A stretch of 64,000 nt of DNA, from the sequence record NC_054922.1; one strand, 5' to 3'. The DNA comes from Escherichia phage vB_EcoM_KAW1E185. The notes beneath the pieces are model-generated. The model was not told where the DNA came from, did no database searches, and saw only the letters and a program-made list of their open reading frames with translations. Position 1 is the first letter of the stretch. Every line of letters begins with the position of its first letter. The translations under genes and the position numbers were made by a program. Below, piece after piece: positions 19,347-29,382 of the stretch.

Positions 19347-19529
19347 TTATCCTCGGCAATCCACTTCACACACTTTCTTGTCATCAATGAAAGCTTTAAC
19401 TAATGCTTTATTAACTTCAGCATATTGAGTAGTAGCCCATTGAACATCATCTTTCATCATTGTGATTTCTTTAGTAAACATGCTTTCATTCTTAAACCAC
19501 CCCATAAAAACTACCTTTACCAATTCCAT
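19347..19529 (-). CDS. dmd: Dmd (discriminator of mRNA degradation; antitoxin against RnlA/LsoA)
   Basis: 60-aa ORF MELVKVVFMGWFKNESMF..., matches T4 Dmd as recalled. Confidence 0.75.
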   Translation of the reverse strand: MELVKVVFMGWFKNESMFTKEITMMKDDVQWATTQYAEVNKALVKAFIDDKKVCEVDCRG

Positions 19530-19558
19530 AACAATCTCCTCATTTAACCAACAAGACT

Positions 19559-19588
19559 ACTATACCATAGTCTTGTCAGCTTGTAAAC
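19559..19588 (-). promoter_or_regulatory. T4-type early promoter
   Basis: gtaaac 19583-19588; -10 TATAGT; 18-bp spacer; upstream of dmd. Confidence 0.55.
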
Positions 19589-21015
19589 TAAAATTTTAAT
19601 TCATTTGCCAAAGCATCTAACTGAGCTCGAGTGGATTCATTTCTTTGATAACGATTCTGCTCAGCCTGAATCTGTTGTGAACCTGCTACTTCACTCACTT
19701 CAGTTGGAGTAGAATCTTGTTCAATTTCTACCCATTTCTGATTTCCCTTTTGAACACCCATCAAAAACTTATTCCATTTGTTCTTATCACCATATCGTGA
19801 TTTGATTTGCTTAATGAGTTGTTGTTCAGCAGCTGCTAGCTCCTCGGTTTCAATGACCGCAAGCATAAAATCGGCTGTTGCTGGAAGACCAGCAGATTCT
19901 GCAATATCGCTCATGTTAACATCAGAAGAATCCCAAGCTTGTTTACCAACCTGTGCTGCAGTCCAAAGAACAGTTTCGGTTTCAACAGCAAGAGCACGCA
20001 ATTCCTCTGCAATAGCTTTAACAGTTGTGTAACTATTTTCTGAATAAACTCTGATGCGACAAGATTTACAAATACCTAGATAGTCGACAATAATGATTGT
20101 TGGAACAAAATTCTTTTTGAGCTTCAATTCATTCAAGAGAGACCTGAATGTGTTAGCATCTGCTCCGCCAGTAGGATACTGTTTAACGATTAAACGGCCG
20201 AGAGTAGATTTCTCACGCCATTTTTCCATTTTTCCTTTATACTCAGCGTAAGAAATATGTCCATCATCAATGTCATCAAGAGAAACATCGAGCATGTTAG
20301 CATCAATACGTTTAGCACAGACTTCTTCTGCCATTTCCATGGAGATATAAAGAACGTTATGACCAAGCTGCAAATAATCTGCTGCTAATGAACACAGACC
20401 TAATGACTTACCAACGTTAACGCCAGCCATTAAAACGTTCAGTGTTCCAGTCTCAGCTCCGCCTTTAGTAATTTTGTTTAGAATTCTGAGTTTAAATGGA
20501 ACCTTACGAGCTTTATTCATATAAGATAGCCAACGCGCTTCATAGTCATCCATCCAATCATGACCAACGTAGCTATCAAATGAAATTGATAATGCTTGGC
20601 GCATGATGTCAGGAATAGCACCTACATCTGGCATTTTCTTATTTCGTTTTTCCGGAGGAAGCTCAGCATTAGTTTGAATTTCGATTATTTTAGACGTAGC
20701 ATTAAACATCGCCCTTTGCTGAACATATTTTTCTGTTTCTTTTATTAACCAACTGTGGTCTTCCGGAGAATCAGCCAGTTTTGAAATAAGTGTTTTTACA
20801 CCAGAATATTCTGTTTCAGTAAATGAACTATTTTCTAATGCAACATTTAACGCATTAATAGATGGAACGCTATGATACTCATTGACATGAGATTTAATTA
20901 ATTTGAATGTATTTTTAGCTGGACCACTTTCAAAATATTCTGAATCCATATATGGCCAAACTTTTGAAAAATAAGTTTGATCAAATATGAGATGAGAAAG
21001 AATAATTTCTACCAC
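19588..21015 (-). CDS. 41: replicative DNA helicase (gene 41, DnaB-like)
   Basis: 475 aa as in T4 gp41; Walker A GVNVGKS. Confidence 0.9.
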   Translation of the reverse strand: MVEIILSHLIFDQTYFSKVWPYMDSEYFESGPAKNTFKLIKSHVNEYHSVPSINALNVALENSSFTETEYSGVKTLISKLADSPEDHSWLIKETEKYVQQRAMFNATSKIIEIQTNAELPPEKRNKKMPDVGAIPDIMRQALSISFDSYVGHDWMDDYEARWLSYMNKARKVPFKLRILNKITKGGAETGTLNVLMAGVNVGKSLGLCSLAADYLQLGHNVLYISMEMAEEVCAKRIDANMLDVSLDDIDDGHISYAEYKGKMEKWREKSTLGRLIVKQYPTGGADANTFRSLLNELKLKKNFVPTIIIVDYLGICKSCRIRVYSENSYTTVKAIAEELRALAVETETVLWTAAQVGKQAWDSSDVNMSDIAESAGLPATADFMLAVIETEELAAAEQQLIKQIKSRYGDKNKWNKFLMGVQKGNQKWVEIEQDSTPTEVSEVAGSQQIQAEQNRYQRNESTRAQLDALANELKF

Positions 21016-21024
21016 ACTTACTCC

Positions 21025-21387
21025 TTAAAAGAATTTAAATTTTTTCTTTGACCTTTTATTAAATGCATCTTGCAGTTGCATTGTAATACATTTTTCTACA
21101 TGAGGAGCTAACTCAGCTTTTCTTTCTTGGTCAAGAACAGCAAAGTCCATTACAACCTTTCCATCAACCCAATCCAGTTTAGTTACATACACTATATGTG
21201 TAGAACCATCTTCTAGTTTAATGACAATCTCCTGGATAACATTTTCCATAGCAGATTTAATTATCTTAAGAGACTCATTAAAAAGACGTTCTTTTCTTTC
21301 TTCTTCCCCCTCCGAAGAGGGGGATTCATCGATAATTTCTAGATCTAAATCTAAATCATCTTTATTCATTAAATTCTTCCATATCAC
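21025..21387 (-). CDS. 40: gene 40 protein (head assembly)
   Basis: 120 aa; position between uvsX and 41 as in T4. Confidence 0.5.
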   Translation of the reverse strand: MIWKNLMNKDDLDLDLEIIDESPSSEGEEERKERLFNESLKIIKSAMENVIQEIVIKLEDGSTHIVYVTKLDWVDGKVVMDFAVLDQERKAELAPHVEKCITMQLQDAFNKRSKKKFKFF

Positions 21388-22543
21388 TTAACTGCTCGAG
21401 GTCAGTTTCTAAATCAGCAGCTGATTTACTTTTACTTTCTGGAGATTTAAATTTTTCAACCTTTGAGTTAATCAATTCATCAACTTCAGCTTCAACAATT
21501 TCATTGCTATCAATAGCACCTAACTGATAAGCACGTTTAATAGCATCTCGGAATGGTTGATGCTTAAATAAAGGACCCCAGAATGTAGTGCAGTTGGTAT
21601 CTTTTGCACGCCAAGATTTTTCTTCGCGAATCATCTCACCGGTTTCTTCATCAAGAAATTCACGGGCATACCAGCCATTTTTAGGTTTTACTACAAATCC
21701 TAATTCTAGAGCCATATCTAACAATCCAGAATAAGGATCGATACCACCGTCAAATTTAACATCAATAAAGAATTTACTTTTTTCTTTAACGGTACGAGAT
21801 TTTTCTACATTTAGAACAAATTGATACCCCTGAAGATCAGAACCATCTTTAATCTGGCGTTTACCGATAATGAATACGGTATCAGCCGAATACATTACGC
21901 CTGTACCACCTGTCATCACGGTTTTACTAAACATTTCAATTGTTTCAATTGTATGGTTAACCGCAACGCACGGAATATTTTTAATGCTAAAATAAGGAGT
22001 AACAATACGGAATAATGACTTCAGTGATTTAGCACGAGTCATATCTGCCACAGATTTTTCATTCAAGGCATCTTCCGTTTCTTTCTTAGAAGCCATATTA
22101 CCAATTGAGTCGATGAATACAATAACCTTTTCACCACGCTCAATAGCTTCAAGCTGGTTCACCATATCAATTTTCAGCTGTTCAACTGACTGGATTGGCG
22201 TATGAATTACACGTTCCGGGTCAACTCCCATGGATCGCAAATAAGCTGGAGTAATACCAAATTCGCTATCATAGAATAGACAAACCGCGTCAGGATATTT
22301 GTTCAAATATGCCGCAACCATAGTCAAAGACATATTTGATTTAAAGTGTTTAGAAGGCCCTGCGAAAATAGTTAAACCAGACTGCATACCACCATCAATC
22401 GCGCCAGAAATAGCAATATTAAGCATTGGGATTTTTGTACGGATTACATCCTTTTCATTAAAGAATTTAGATGTAGTCAGTTCAGCAGTCATTTTAGAAG
22501 TGGAAGCTTTAATCAAACGGGATTTTAAATCTGCAATAGACAT
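21362..22543 (-). CDS. uvsX: UvsX recombinase (RecA-like)
   Basis: 393 aa; Walker A GPSKHFKS; acidic C-terminus; T4 UvsX is about 391 aa. Confidence 0.9.
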   Translation of the reverse strand: MSIADLKSRLIKASTSKMTAELTTSKFFNEKDVIRTKIPMLNIAISGAIDGGMQSGLTIFAGPSKHFKSNMSLTMVAAYLNKYPDAVCLFYDSEFGITPAYLRSMGVDPERVIHTPIQSVEQLKIDMVNQLEAIERGEKVIVFIDSIGNMASKKETEDALNEKSVADMTRAKSLKSLFRIVTPYFSIKNIPCVAVNHTIETIEMFSKTVMTGGTGVMYSADTVFIIGKRQIKDGSDLQGYQFVLNVEKSRTVKEKSKFFIDVKFDGGIDPYSGLLDMALELGFVVKPKNGWYAREFLDEETGEMIREEKSWRAKDTNCTTFWGPLFKHQPFRDAIKRAYQLGAIDSNEIVEAEVDELINSKVEKFKSPESKSKSAADLETDLEQLSDMEEFNE

Positions 22544-22620
22544 TCATTTTTTCCATAGGCATCATTATATTTTCCTCACTGGTTAAAGATAGAGTAATTA
22601 TAACACAATAAATTTAGGCA

Positions 22621-23469
22621 TTAATCAACTGCTATTGGATGAATAGCATTAAACTTATGAAATGCTTCTGATTTTTCTTTACGCGAAACACACATGCGAA
22701 GAACCTTTAGTGGTTCATCTTCTTCACCCAACGATTTTCGTTTTTCAATATTAGAAGTTTTCCAACGAGCTTGCTCTGGAAACTCTCTATTGATTTGCTC
22801 AAGCGCTCTATTATGTTTAGAATTACTGCGAATTGAACTACACCCACCAGGAGCTTGTGCTTTTCCAGATACAACCAGATATTTGAACAAGGCCAAATGC
22901 GGATAACCTTGATTAATTAAATTGAGAAATGCATACATATCTTCGCACAAATCAATTTTTCCATACCCAATTTGTTCTGTTGTAAGTTTTCCAAGGTCAT
23001 ACCATGTATTCGTGAATCCATATGAATTTTCACGATAATTACCCCAAGATGAAGTAATTTTAAAAATAGGTAGACGAGCATGACCATGATAATACCCACA
23101 ATCCATGGCATCCTCAACATATTGAATCAATTCATAGAACTGTTCACGAGTCAATTGATTGACTTTATCTACGCAACGACGATCATCTCTTTTTCGCATT
23201 GAACTCATACGAATAGTAGTATCATCGTCAATCATCCAGATTCGTTGACCTGCATACATATCAGTAATTGCTTTACGAGTACCGGCAATTCCGTTTACAT
23301 CATCAGGAATAGTTATAATTTTAGCTCTAGACCCATAGGCGTCATAATAAGCTTTTTCTTCATGTTCACGTACTACGATATGAGGTTCATAATCAGTCGG
23401 AAACATATCAAGGGCAGAAACTGCCCCTACACGTTGATAGCTCGGAATTACGAATTGAATCATTTCCAC
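22621..23469 (-). CDS. glycosyltransferase at the beta-gt locus; candidate beta-glucosyl-HMC alpha-glucosyltransferase as in T2/T6
   Basis: 282 aa (T4 beta-gt is 351 aa); DxD-like IWMIDDDTT; sits between uvsX and gene 42. Confidence 0.45.
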   Translation of the reverse strand: MEMIQFVIPSYQRVGAVSALDMFPTDYEPHIVVREHEEKAYYDAYGSRAKIITIPDDVNGIAGTRKAITDMYAGQRIWMIDDDTTIRMSSMRKRDDRRCVDKVNQLTREQFYELIQYVEDAMDCGYYHGHARLPIFKITSSWGNYRENSYGFTNTWYDLGKLTTEQIGYGKIDLCEDMYAFLNLINQGYPHLALFKYLVVSGKAQAPGGCSSIRSNSKHNRALEQINREFPEQARWKTSNIEKRKSLGEEDEPLKVLRMCVSRKEKSEAFHKFNAIHPIAVD

Positions 23470-24200
23470 TCACCGTTATAATCTTTTTTCACAATATGAG
23501 TTTCGCCAGTATTCCACCAATGATCAACCAAGTAAAAATGACGAGAATATACATGAAGACTTCCAACATTCCATATAATAGAACCTGCTTTATACTGACG
23601 AGTTGAATCGCCTGCATTCAAATCAGATACTAATTTATCTAATACGTATTTTTGCCATGCATAATCATTACGGAATCCGAAGACCACGTCATTTGAGCGC
23701 ATGCTTACTACTGCATTGACTTTCTTGTCACGAATCAGATACTGTACGGTATTCGTACACATGAAATCTGACATACCATCTTTATTATAGTCAAACTGCA
23801 TAGATGGACGAGTATAAATCATGATACCACGTCGAGAATCAGGATTTTGACCAAGTTCAGCTAAACACATATCATACTGGGCATAGTTATCTTCTGACCA
23901 AATAGCCCAACCATAATTCGAGTTAATTTCGCCTTTAGAAGATGCTACCTGCTGCCAAATCTTTGGTGTTTCACCTGGAATATCTTTAACAAACAAGCTT
24001 TTAGATTTATACCATTCAAGTTCACGCTGAATGTATTCATCATTAAGAGCGCCAAAAATAAACGGTTCATCTGCTACAAATGATGCGCCAATAATTTCAA
24101 TAGTTTTAACACCAGTTTTATCAACTACGAAATCTTTTTCCTTTAATGCAAGCCCCAAATGAAGACGGATTTCTTCAACTGTCATAGAGTCACTAATCAT
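23460..24200 (-). CDS. 42: dCMP hydroxymethylase (gene 42)
   Basis: 246 aa as in T4 gp42; thymidylate-synthase-like fold motifs. Confidence 0.9.
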   Translation of the reverse strand: MISDSMTVEEIRLHLGLALKEKDFVVDKTGVKTIEIIGASFVADEPFIFGALNDEYIQRELEWYKSKSLFVKDIPGETPKIWQQVASSKGEINSNYGWAIWSEDNYAQYDMCLAELGQNPDSRRGIMIYTRPSMQFDYNKDGMSDFMCTNTVQYLIRDKKVNAVVSMRSNDVVFGFRNDYAWQKYVLDKLVSDLNAGDSTRQYKAGSIIWNVGSLHVYSRHFYLVDHWWNTGETHIVKKDYNGEWK

Positions 24201-24207
24201 TTAAACC

Positions 24208-24357
24208 TCAATTGATGCATTCATATTTAAATTGTAACAGTAATAAGCTCCAACTTAAAATAATAGTTGGAATCATAAGAGGAACCGTTACACTATAGTA
24301 TATACTTATTATAATCATCAAGATTAAAAGCAACACTGCTATAATTTTGCTTTTCAT
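24208..24357 (-). CDS. hydrophobic peptide (49 aa), ATGA-coupled to imm; below ORF-track cut-off
   Basis: own translation MKSKIIAVLLLILMIIISIYYSVTVPLMIPTIILSWSLLLLQFKYECIN. Confidence 0.35.
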   Translation of the reverse strand: MKSKIIAVLLLILMIIISIYYSVTVPLMIPTIILSWSLLLLQFKYECIN

Positions 24358-24605
24358 TCCTTCTCTCTGATGATAATTACCTGATTTGGTTGTGCAGACT
24401 TTTTGGTTTCACCCGCAATTGACCAAATAAATGTAATAAACCAACCAATAATTGACCAGTTAAACAGTAAAGATGTGAAAAAGATTCCTACTGTCGATTT
24501 TGACCCACGCATCAAGGCGATGAACCATGGAAGCATGTATATAATAATAGCCAACACACCTGAAACTAAAACCATAAAAATTGAACCTGCTACTAAAGTT
24601 TCCAT
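24354..24605 (-). CDS. imm: Imm superinfection immunity membrane protein
   Basis: 83 aa, two transmembrane segments; same length and position as T4 Imm. Confidence 0.7.
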   Translation of the reverse strand: METLVAGSIFMVLVSGVLAIIIYMLPWFIALMRGSKSTVGIFFTSLLFNWSIIGWFITFIWSIAGETKKSAQPNQVIIIREKE

Positions 24606-24612
24606 CTTTTCC

Positions 24613-24993
24613 TCACTTAGTCAAATTTTTTACGCATGAATTATAAGAATTCACTACATACTCCATCGGAGCATTTTTACCTGTGCGCCATTGGTAATTA
24701 TTAGCCCAATTTGTCCAAATTTCGGCGCAGTAGTTTTCAATTTTTTCTTCGCGTGTAATTACATCAGAATTACGATATGCTTGAGCAGATTCATCTGGAC
24801 GAATAGCTTCGTCAAAATTCGCCTGCATTTGTTCTACTGTCTGTTTTGGAGCTTCTTTATAACACTTGACATTAGGATTATAAAACTTGCTTGAACAGTT
24901 TACAATTTTTCCTGCATCAGACTGATTTACTACCGGTCCTTGAGCTACACAACCAGTAAGACCTAATGCAATAACCAAAATAGCGATTTTCAT
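24613..24993 (-). CDS. predicted lipoprotein (126 aa)
   Basis: signal peptide with LGLTGC lipobox. Confidence 0.45.
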   Translation of the reverse strand: MKIAILVIALGLTGCVAQGPVVNQSDAGKIVNCSSKFYNPNVKCYKEAPKQTVEQMQANFDEAIRPDESAQAYRNSDVITREEKIENYCAEIWTNWANNYQWRTGKNAPMEYVVNSYNSCVKNLTK

Positions 24994-25003
24994 AATAATT
25001 TCC

Positions 25004-25252
25004 TCAAATGCAAGTAGTAATTACTCCAGTAGTGCTTATGCAGGTATTACCCATTTGCACACCTAAAGATCCATTTGTATTCACATGAAGATTATCATCA
25101 ATTTTAACTGATATTTTACCATTAGTGTGAATAACGGTGCTAGATTCAATCACAGGTTGAGTATCATTTTCAACACTAACAAATGGAACTGCTGCTAATG
25201 CAACTAAACAAACTGCTAAGCATCCCATAACAATTTTCATTTTATTCTCCAA
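25004..25252 (-). CDS. secreted small protein (82 aa)
   Basis: N-terminal signal peptide. Confidence 0.4.
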   Translation of the reverse strand: MENKMKIVMGCLAVCLVALAAVPFVSVENDTQPVIESSTVIHTNGKISVKIDDNLHVNTNGSLGVQMGNTCISTTGVITTCI

Positions 25253-25277
25253 ATCTGTATCAGTAGTTGATAGTTGT

Positions 25278-25307
25278 ATAGTACCATGGAAGAACAGTCT
25301 TGTAAAC
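25278..25307 (-). promoter_or_regulatory. T4-type early promoter
   Basis: gtaaac 25302-25307; -10 TACTAT; 18-bp spacer. Confidence 0.5.
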
Positions 25308-25393
25308 AGTTTTGTGAAAATTTTTTAGGGAATTCTAAATGTCCAGAATCATCTGTTTTTCATAAGTATAGATTTATATTACTTGTATGAAAA

Positions 25394-25411
25394 AGGGACC
25401 CGGAGGTCCCT
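25394..25411 (-). terminator. rho-independent terminator-like hairpin downstream of gene 43
   Basis: agggacc cgga ggtccct, perfect 7-bp stem, followed by a U-run in minus-strand RNA. Confidence 0.6.
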
Positions 25412-25423
25412 AGATTTATTTTA

Positions 25424-28120
25424 TCAGCCAAACAGGAAGTCTAACGAAGCTTTTTCTTCATAGTCCATACCAGCCGATTCACACATGCCTGCAAGCGGTT
25501 TAACAAACGATTTTTGGAACAAAGTTGAGTAGTCAATCCAAGACAGTACGTCAGAACGAATTTCTTTTGGAAGTTCTGTACCCGACGGCCAAGCAATGCA
25601 TTTGTCACCAAATGGATTTCCTTCACGCAATGGAAGAACCATTACTTTATTTCCATCCAAAATTGGAGCTACACCTAAACCGCTAACAGCTCGACGATAA
25701 GTTAGCACACCACGAATATGGAACGGACATTTAAATCCTGGCCAACCTTTATCATCATATTTCGCTATATCGTTCGCAGTTTTTACTTCAGCAATAACTT
25801 TATAGTCAAGTTGACGATATTCTTTCTCGAAGTTCTTGTAATATTCTTGGACAGACTCTTCACCTTCCTGAAGAATACGACGAATACTTTCTTCGAGAGC
25901 TTCTTGGACCGCTTTAGGCGTTGAACTCTGCTGAGTTTCCATACCCATGATTTTTAGATGCGGTTCAGCAAATCGCTTATCTTCCATATCATATACGTTC
26001 AGAGCATAACGCTTTTTCGCTTTCCAAAATCCACCAACGCCCTTTGAACCAAGTGGAGGGCAAGAAATAGCTTCACGGTCCATATGCATCAGATGCTCGC
26101 GGTTATTCATATAATCACATAACTCACGATATGCAACATCAATCATAGGTTCCATCTTTTTCTTACCGAACTGATTCATGAATTCAACTAAATCGTTCTG
26201 CTCTTTGAATCGGTCAAGACCAACTTTTTCAATAACTTTATCTACACAAACATATACCGAATCAGTATCACCTGCTGCGATGAAATCTTCGCCATTAGTT
26301 CCACATACTTTATTCAGATACTCATTAATTTTACGAGCAATCCACTGAATACCGACTTGACCAAAAATTGTAATAGCAGTAGCATTTCGCAAATCATAGT
26401 AGCGGAAATGAATATTACCAAGAGCACCGTAAAGGCTGTTAATAAGAATTTTACGGTTCAGCTGATTTGTATTAGCAAGTGTAGCCGCTTTTTCACATTC
26501 TTCAATCAAACTATTGAGAACAGATTCAGTATAATTCGATAGTTCATTTAAGAAATCATCACTGAACTTAACATATCGTTCAACTTCCGGTTTAGTTGAA
26601 CAAGACCCTGCGCCTTTCATAATAATCTTTTTAATAGCTTCGGCATTCATTTCTTCAGCGAACATTTTCTTTTTCCAATCTTTACGCTGGAAAAATACTT
26701 TAGCGATTTCCTTTGGAATGATACCTTCTTGATGCTTATCATACATCCATCCGTTCGGAGAACAAGAATATTCATCACTCGGTTTAGGAGCTGTTCCTGC
26801 GATATATTCATGAATTGGATGAACTTTAAACTGACCACGAATAGTCTCAGGACTAATGTTAACCTGACGAATAATGCTCGGATACAGAGACGTCAAGTCA
26901 AAACTCATAATATATCGACGAGCAATTGGTTTAGGTTCAAATACAAATGCACCCGGAAAACTTTGTTTAACGTGCGAACCTTGTTGAGGAATAACCTTGT
27001 GTTCACCTTTCAATGAGTTAAAAATAATAGCATCCCAAGTTTTAATAGGACTCATTACACCAGAAAAAGGCATTTTAGCGTAATAAGACATACTTAAAAC
27101 TAGATCGATAAACCCGCGAATTTTATCAATTGCTTGAACTGATTCTACGTCAATGATGTTATAACTAATGTATCGTTGATGATTAGTCTCACGAAGTTTA
27201 TTAATAGGACCGTCGTATGGTAATTTACCTTTTTTGGTTTCATGTTGAGCAACTGATTCCAAAGAGAATGACGGCAAATTAGTAAAAGCAAATTTCTTGT
27301 ACAAATCTAAATAATCAAGAATAGATACACCATCAATAGAATAAATTTCTTTGCTGCCGTACATATTTTGAATTAGTTTAGATTTTACTCGACCGATTGG
27401 AGAGAAGCGTTTCATACTACGTTCACCGAGAACCATTTTAACGCGATTCATGATATACGGAACGTCAAATCCCTCAATATTCCAACCAGTAAAAATAGCA
27501 GGTCGTTTCTGTTCCCAGAGATTGATATATTCCATGAGCATATCACGCTCATTATCGAATGGCATATAAATTACTCGGTCAAGAATTTCTTGAGGAACTT
27601 CATCACCACCTTCACAGTCAAGCTTAGCAGCTAACTTTGCATCCCATTTTGATACTGAACCATACATTGAATTCAAAAGGTCGAAAACATAAAAACGATC
27701 ATCAATTGAATCGTAATGAGTGATAGCATCAATTTCATATTCAGCTTTCATTGGGTCAGGAAATTTATCACCAGTAACCTCAATGTCACAGTTAGCTACA
27801 CGAACAAATTTTCGGTCATAAACAATTTCTGAACCGTATGTATCACTGATATAAGCGAGTTTAAAATCGTTCATACCGAGAGCTTCGAGACCGATGTCTT
27901 CCATTCGTTTCATCCAATCTCGAGCATCTTTCATTGATGGAAATTTTTGAGGAGCGCAGTTTTTACCATAGATGTCTTTGTACTTTGACTCTTCCTTACA
28001 ATGCCTAAACATAGTTGGAAGATATTCTACTTCACGAGTACGTTCCTTTCCATTTTCATCAATATAACGTTCAACAATATTATTTCCGACTGTTTCAATA
28101 GAGATATAAAATTCTTTCAT
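25424..28120 (-). CDS. 43: DNA polymerase (gene 43, family B)
   Basis: 898 aa as in T4 gp43; exonuclease and polymerase motifs (YGDTDS-like GDTDSVY). Confidence 0.95.
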   Translation of the reverse strand: MKEFYISIETVGNNIVERYIDENGKERTREVEYLPTMFRHCKEESKYKDIYGKNCAPQKFPSMKDARDWMKRMEDIGLEALGMNDFKLAYISDTYGSEIVYDRKFVRVANCDIEVTGDKFPDPMKAEYEIDAITHYDSIDDRFYVFDLLNSMYGSVSKWDAKLAAKLDCEGGDEVPQEILDRVIYMPFDNERDMLMEYINLWEQKRPAIFTGWNIEGFDVPYIMNRVKMVLGERSMKRFSPIGRVKSKLIQNMYGSKEIYSIDGVSILDYLDLYKKFAFTNLPSFSLESVAQHETKKGKLPYDGPINKLRETNHQRYISYNIIDVESVQAIDKIRGFIDLVLSMSYYAKMPFSGVMSPIKTWDAIIFNSLKGEHKVIPQQGSHVKQSFPGAFVFEPKPIARRYIMSFDLTSLYPSIIRQVNISPETIRGQFKVHPIHEYIAGTAPKPSDEYSCSPNGWMYDKHQEGIIPKEIAKVFFQRKDWKKKMFAEEMNAEAIKKIIMKGAGSCSTKPEVERYVKFSDDFLNELSNYTESVLNSLIEECEKAATLANTNQLNRKILINSLYGALGNIHFRYYDLRNATAITIFGQVGIQWIARKINEYLNKVCGTNGEDFIAAGDTDSVYVCVDKVIEKVGLDRFKEQNDLVEFMNQFGKKKMEPMIDVAYRELCDYMNNREHLMHMDREAISCPPLGSKGVGGFWKAKKRYALNVYDMEDKRFAEPHLKIMGMETQQSSTPKAVQEALEESIRRILQEGEESVQEYYKNFEKEYRQLDYKVIAEVKTANDIAKYDDKGWPGFKCPFHIRGVLTYRRAVSGLGVAPILDGNKVMVLPLREGNPFGDKCIAWPSGTELPKEIRSDVLSWIDYSTLFQKSFVKPLAGMCESAGMDYEEKASLDFLFG

Positions 28121-28158
28121 AGATATTCCTTAGTTTATAGCCCGAGTTATTAGGCTCT
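28121..28158 (-). promoter_or_regulatory. gene 43 translational operator (autoregulatory hairpin plus RBS)
   Basis: minus-strand reads GAGCCTAATAACTCGGGCTATAAACTAAGGAATATCTATG, matching the T4 gp43 operator as recalled. Confidence 0.65.
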
Positions 28159-28179
28159 TGATATATTATACTCCAAATA

Positions 28180-28195
28180 AGGGGCCGAAGCCCCT
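28180..28195 (-). terminator. stem-loop (GGGGC UUCG GCCCC type)
   Basis: aggggc cgaa gcccct on plus strand. Confidence 0.5.
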
Positions 28196-28200
28196 TTGCT

Positions 28201-28437
28201 TTAAATTTCTATTGTACGACGCGATATAACGGACTTGCCATCTGTATTTGTGGTTTTGATAATCGCATGAAATGCGCGTTGGCGTGGGTAAACTAATCGT
28301 TGGAATTCTTTTTGGAATTCTATTTGTTTATCTTCCGGGAGGTCAAAAACCAGTTGGGTAGAAGACAGACCATATGTTTGTTTTAGATTTTCGAATATTA
28401 GAAAAGCTTCGGTAAACTGAATCTCTGATTGTGTCAT
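28201..28437 (-). CDS. hypothetical protein (78 aa)
   Basis: ORF track 28201..28488; internal ATG avoids the overlap with regA. Confidence 0.35.
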   Translation of the reverse strand: MTQSEIQFTEAFLIFENLKQTYGLSSTQLVFDLPEDKQIEFQKEFQRLVYPRQRAFHAIIKTTNTDGKSVISRRTIEI

Positions 28438-28447
28438 ATAATTTACC

Positions 28448-28816
28448 TTAATTACCAATCGTATATTTAGGAACGAGTTTCCATTCATGTTTTTGTTTAA
28501 AAGAAATAACTCGGAAGTTATTAGTTAAATCTTTCATAAAAGTTCTTTGACCAGGAACGATTTCAATCAGTCCCCAATCTTCTAATAGCCATGCAATCGA
28601 ATCACGACGAACTTCATCTTCTTCTGTCATTTCAACTTGACGGCCATCCATACGAAGCATTTCTTTAAAATGAACGATATAGTATAGTCCTTTTTTCTGA
28701 AGAATATGACAGGACTGATACAGAACTTTATCTTTATTATTAGCAATTCCCATACGAGTCAAAGTTTCTTTTACTTTCAGAAAATCTTCAGGTTTTTTAA
28801 GAGTAATTTCAATCAT
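28448..28816 (-). CDS. regA: RegA translational repressor
   Basis: 122 aa as in T4 RegA; sits between 62 and 43. Confidence 0.85.
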   Translation of the reverse strand: MIEITLKKPEDFLKVKETLTRMGIANNKDKVLYQSCHILQKKGLYYIVHFKEMLRMDGRQVEMTEEDEVRRDSIAWLLEDWGLIEIVPGQRTFMKDLTNNFRVISFKQKHEWKLVPKYTIGN

Positions 28817-28817
28817 T

Positions 28818-29381
28818 TTACCATTCCAATGCTAGTTTTTTGAGTTGTTTCTGTTCTTTTACGTTCTTAGTCACTTCTTTCAAAAAATCATCCGTGACTA
28901 AACCTTTTAGTTCTTTTAATACTAAAGGAAGTTTTCCATTTTTAGTAAGAATTGATTTATAGTTAATTGCATCATTTGTATTAACTTGATACCGCTTAGC
29001 AAGTAACTTAATAATCAATACTTCGGTGGAATCTTCAACTAGTTTTGCCCATTTACCATATCTTTTACCACGAGGAACTGCAGCCATTAGATAATTAAAA
29101 TGGGCTTCATCACTTAAGCCTGATCCAATTAAATTCATAGCATATACAGCTGGCATGCACTCTGGAAATTGTGACAATGCATTTTCAACCATGAATTTTG
29201 AATAATCTTTTTGAACAATAGAGCATTTAGTTTTATTATTAATAGCTCCAATTATTTCAAAAAATTCATTTTCAGCTTTTTCTTTAAAAGAATCAGCAGC
29301 GGATTGGACAGCTGTCCAATCTTTTGAATACCAAGCAACTTGATGCTCGTTTAATTGAATATCATCTTCAAATAAGCTCAT
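28818..29381 (-). CDS. 62: clamp-loader subunit gp62
   Basis: 187 aa as in T4 gp62. Confidence 0.8.
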   Translation of the reverse strand: MSLFEDDIQLNEHQVAWYSKDWTAVQSAADSFKEKAENEFFEIIGAINNKTKCSIVQKDYSKFMVENALSQFPECMPAVYAMNLIGSGLSDEAHFNYLMAAVPRGKRYGKWAKLVEDSTEVLIIKLLAKRYQVNTNDAINYKSILTKNGKLPLVLKELKGLVTDDFLKEVTKNVKEQKQLKKLALEW

Positions 29382-29382
29382 A

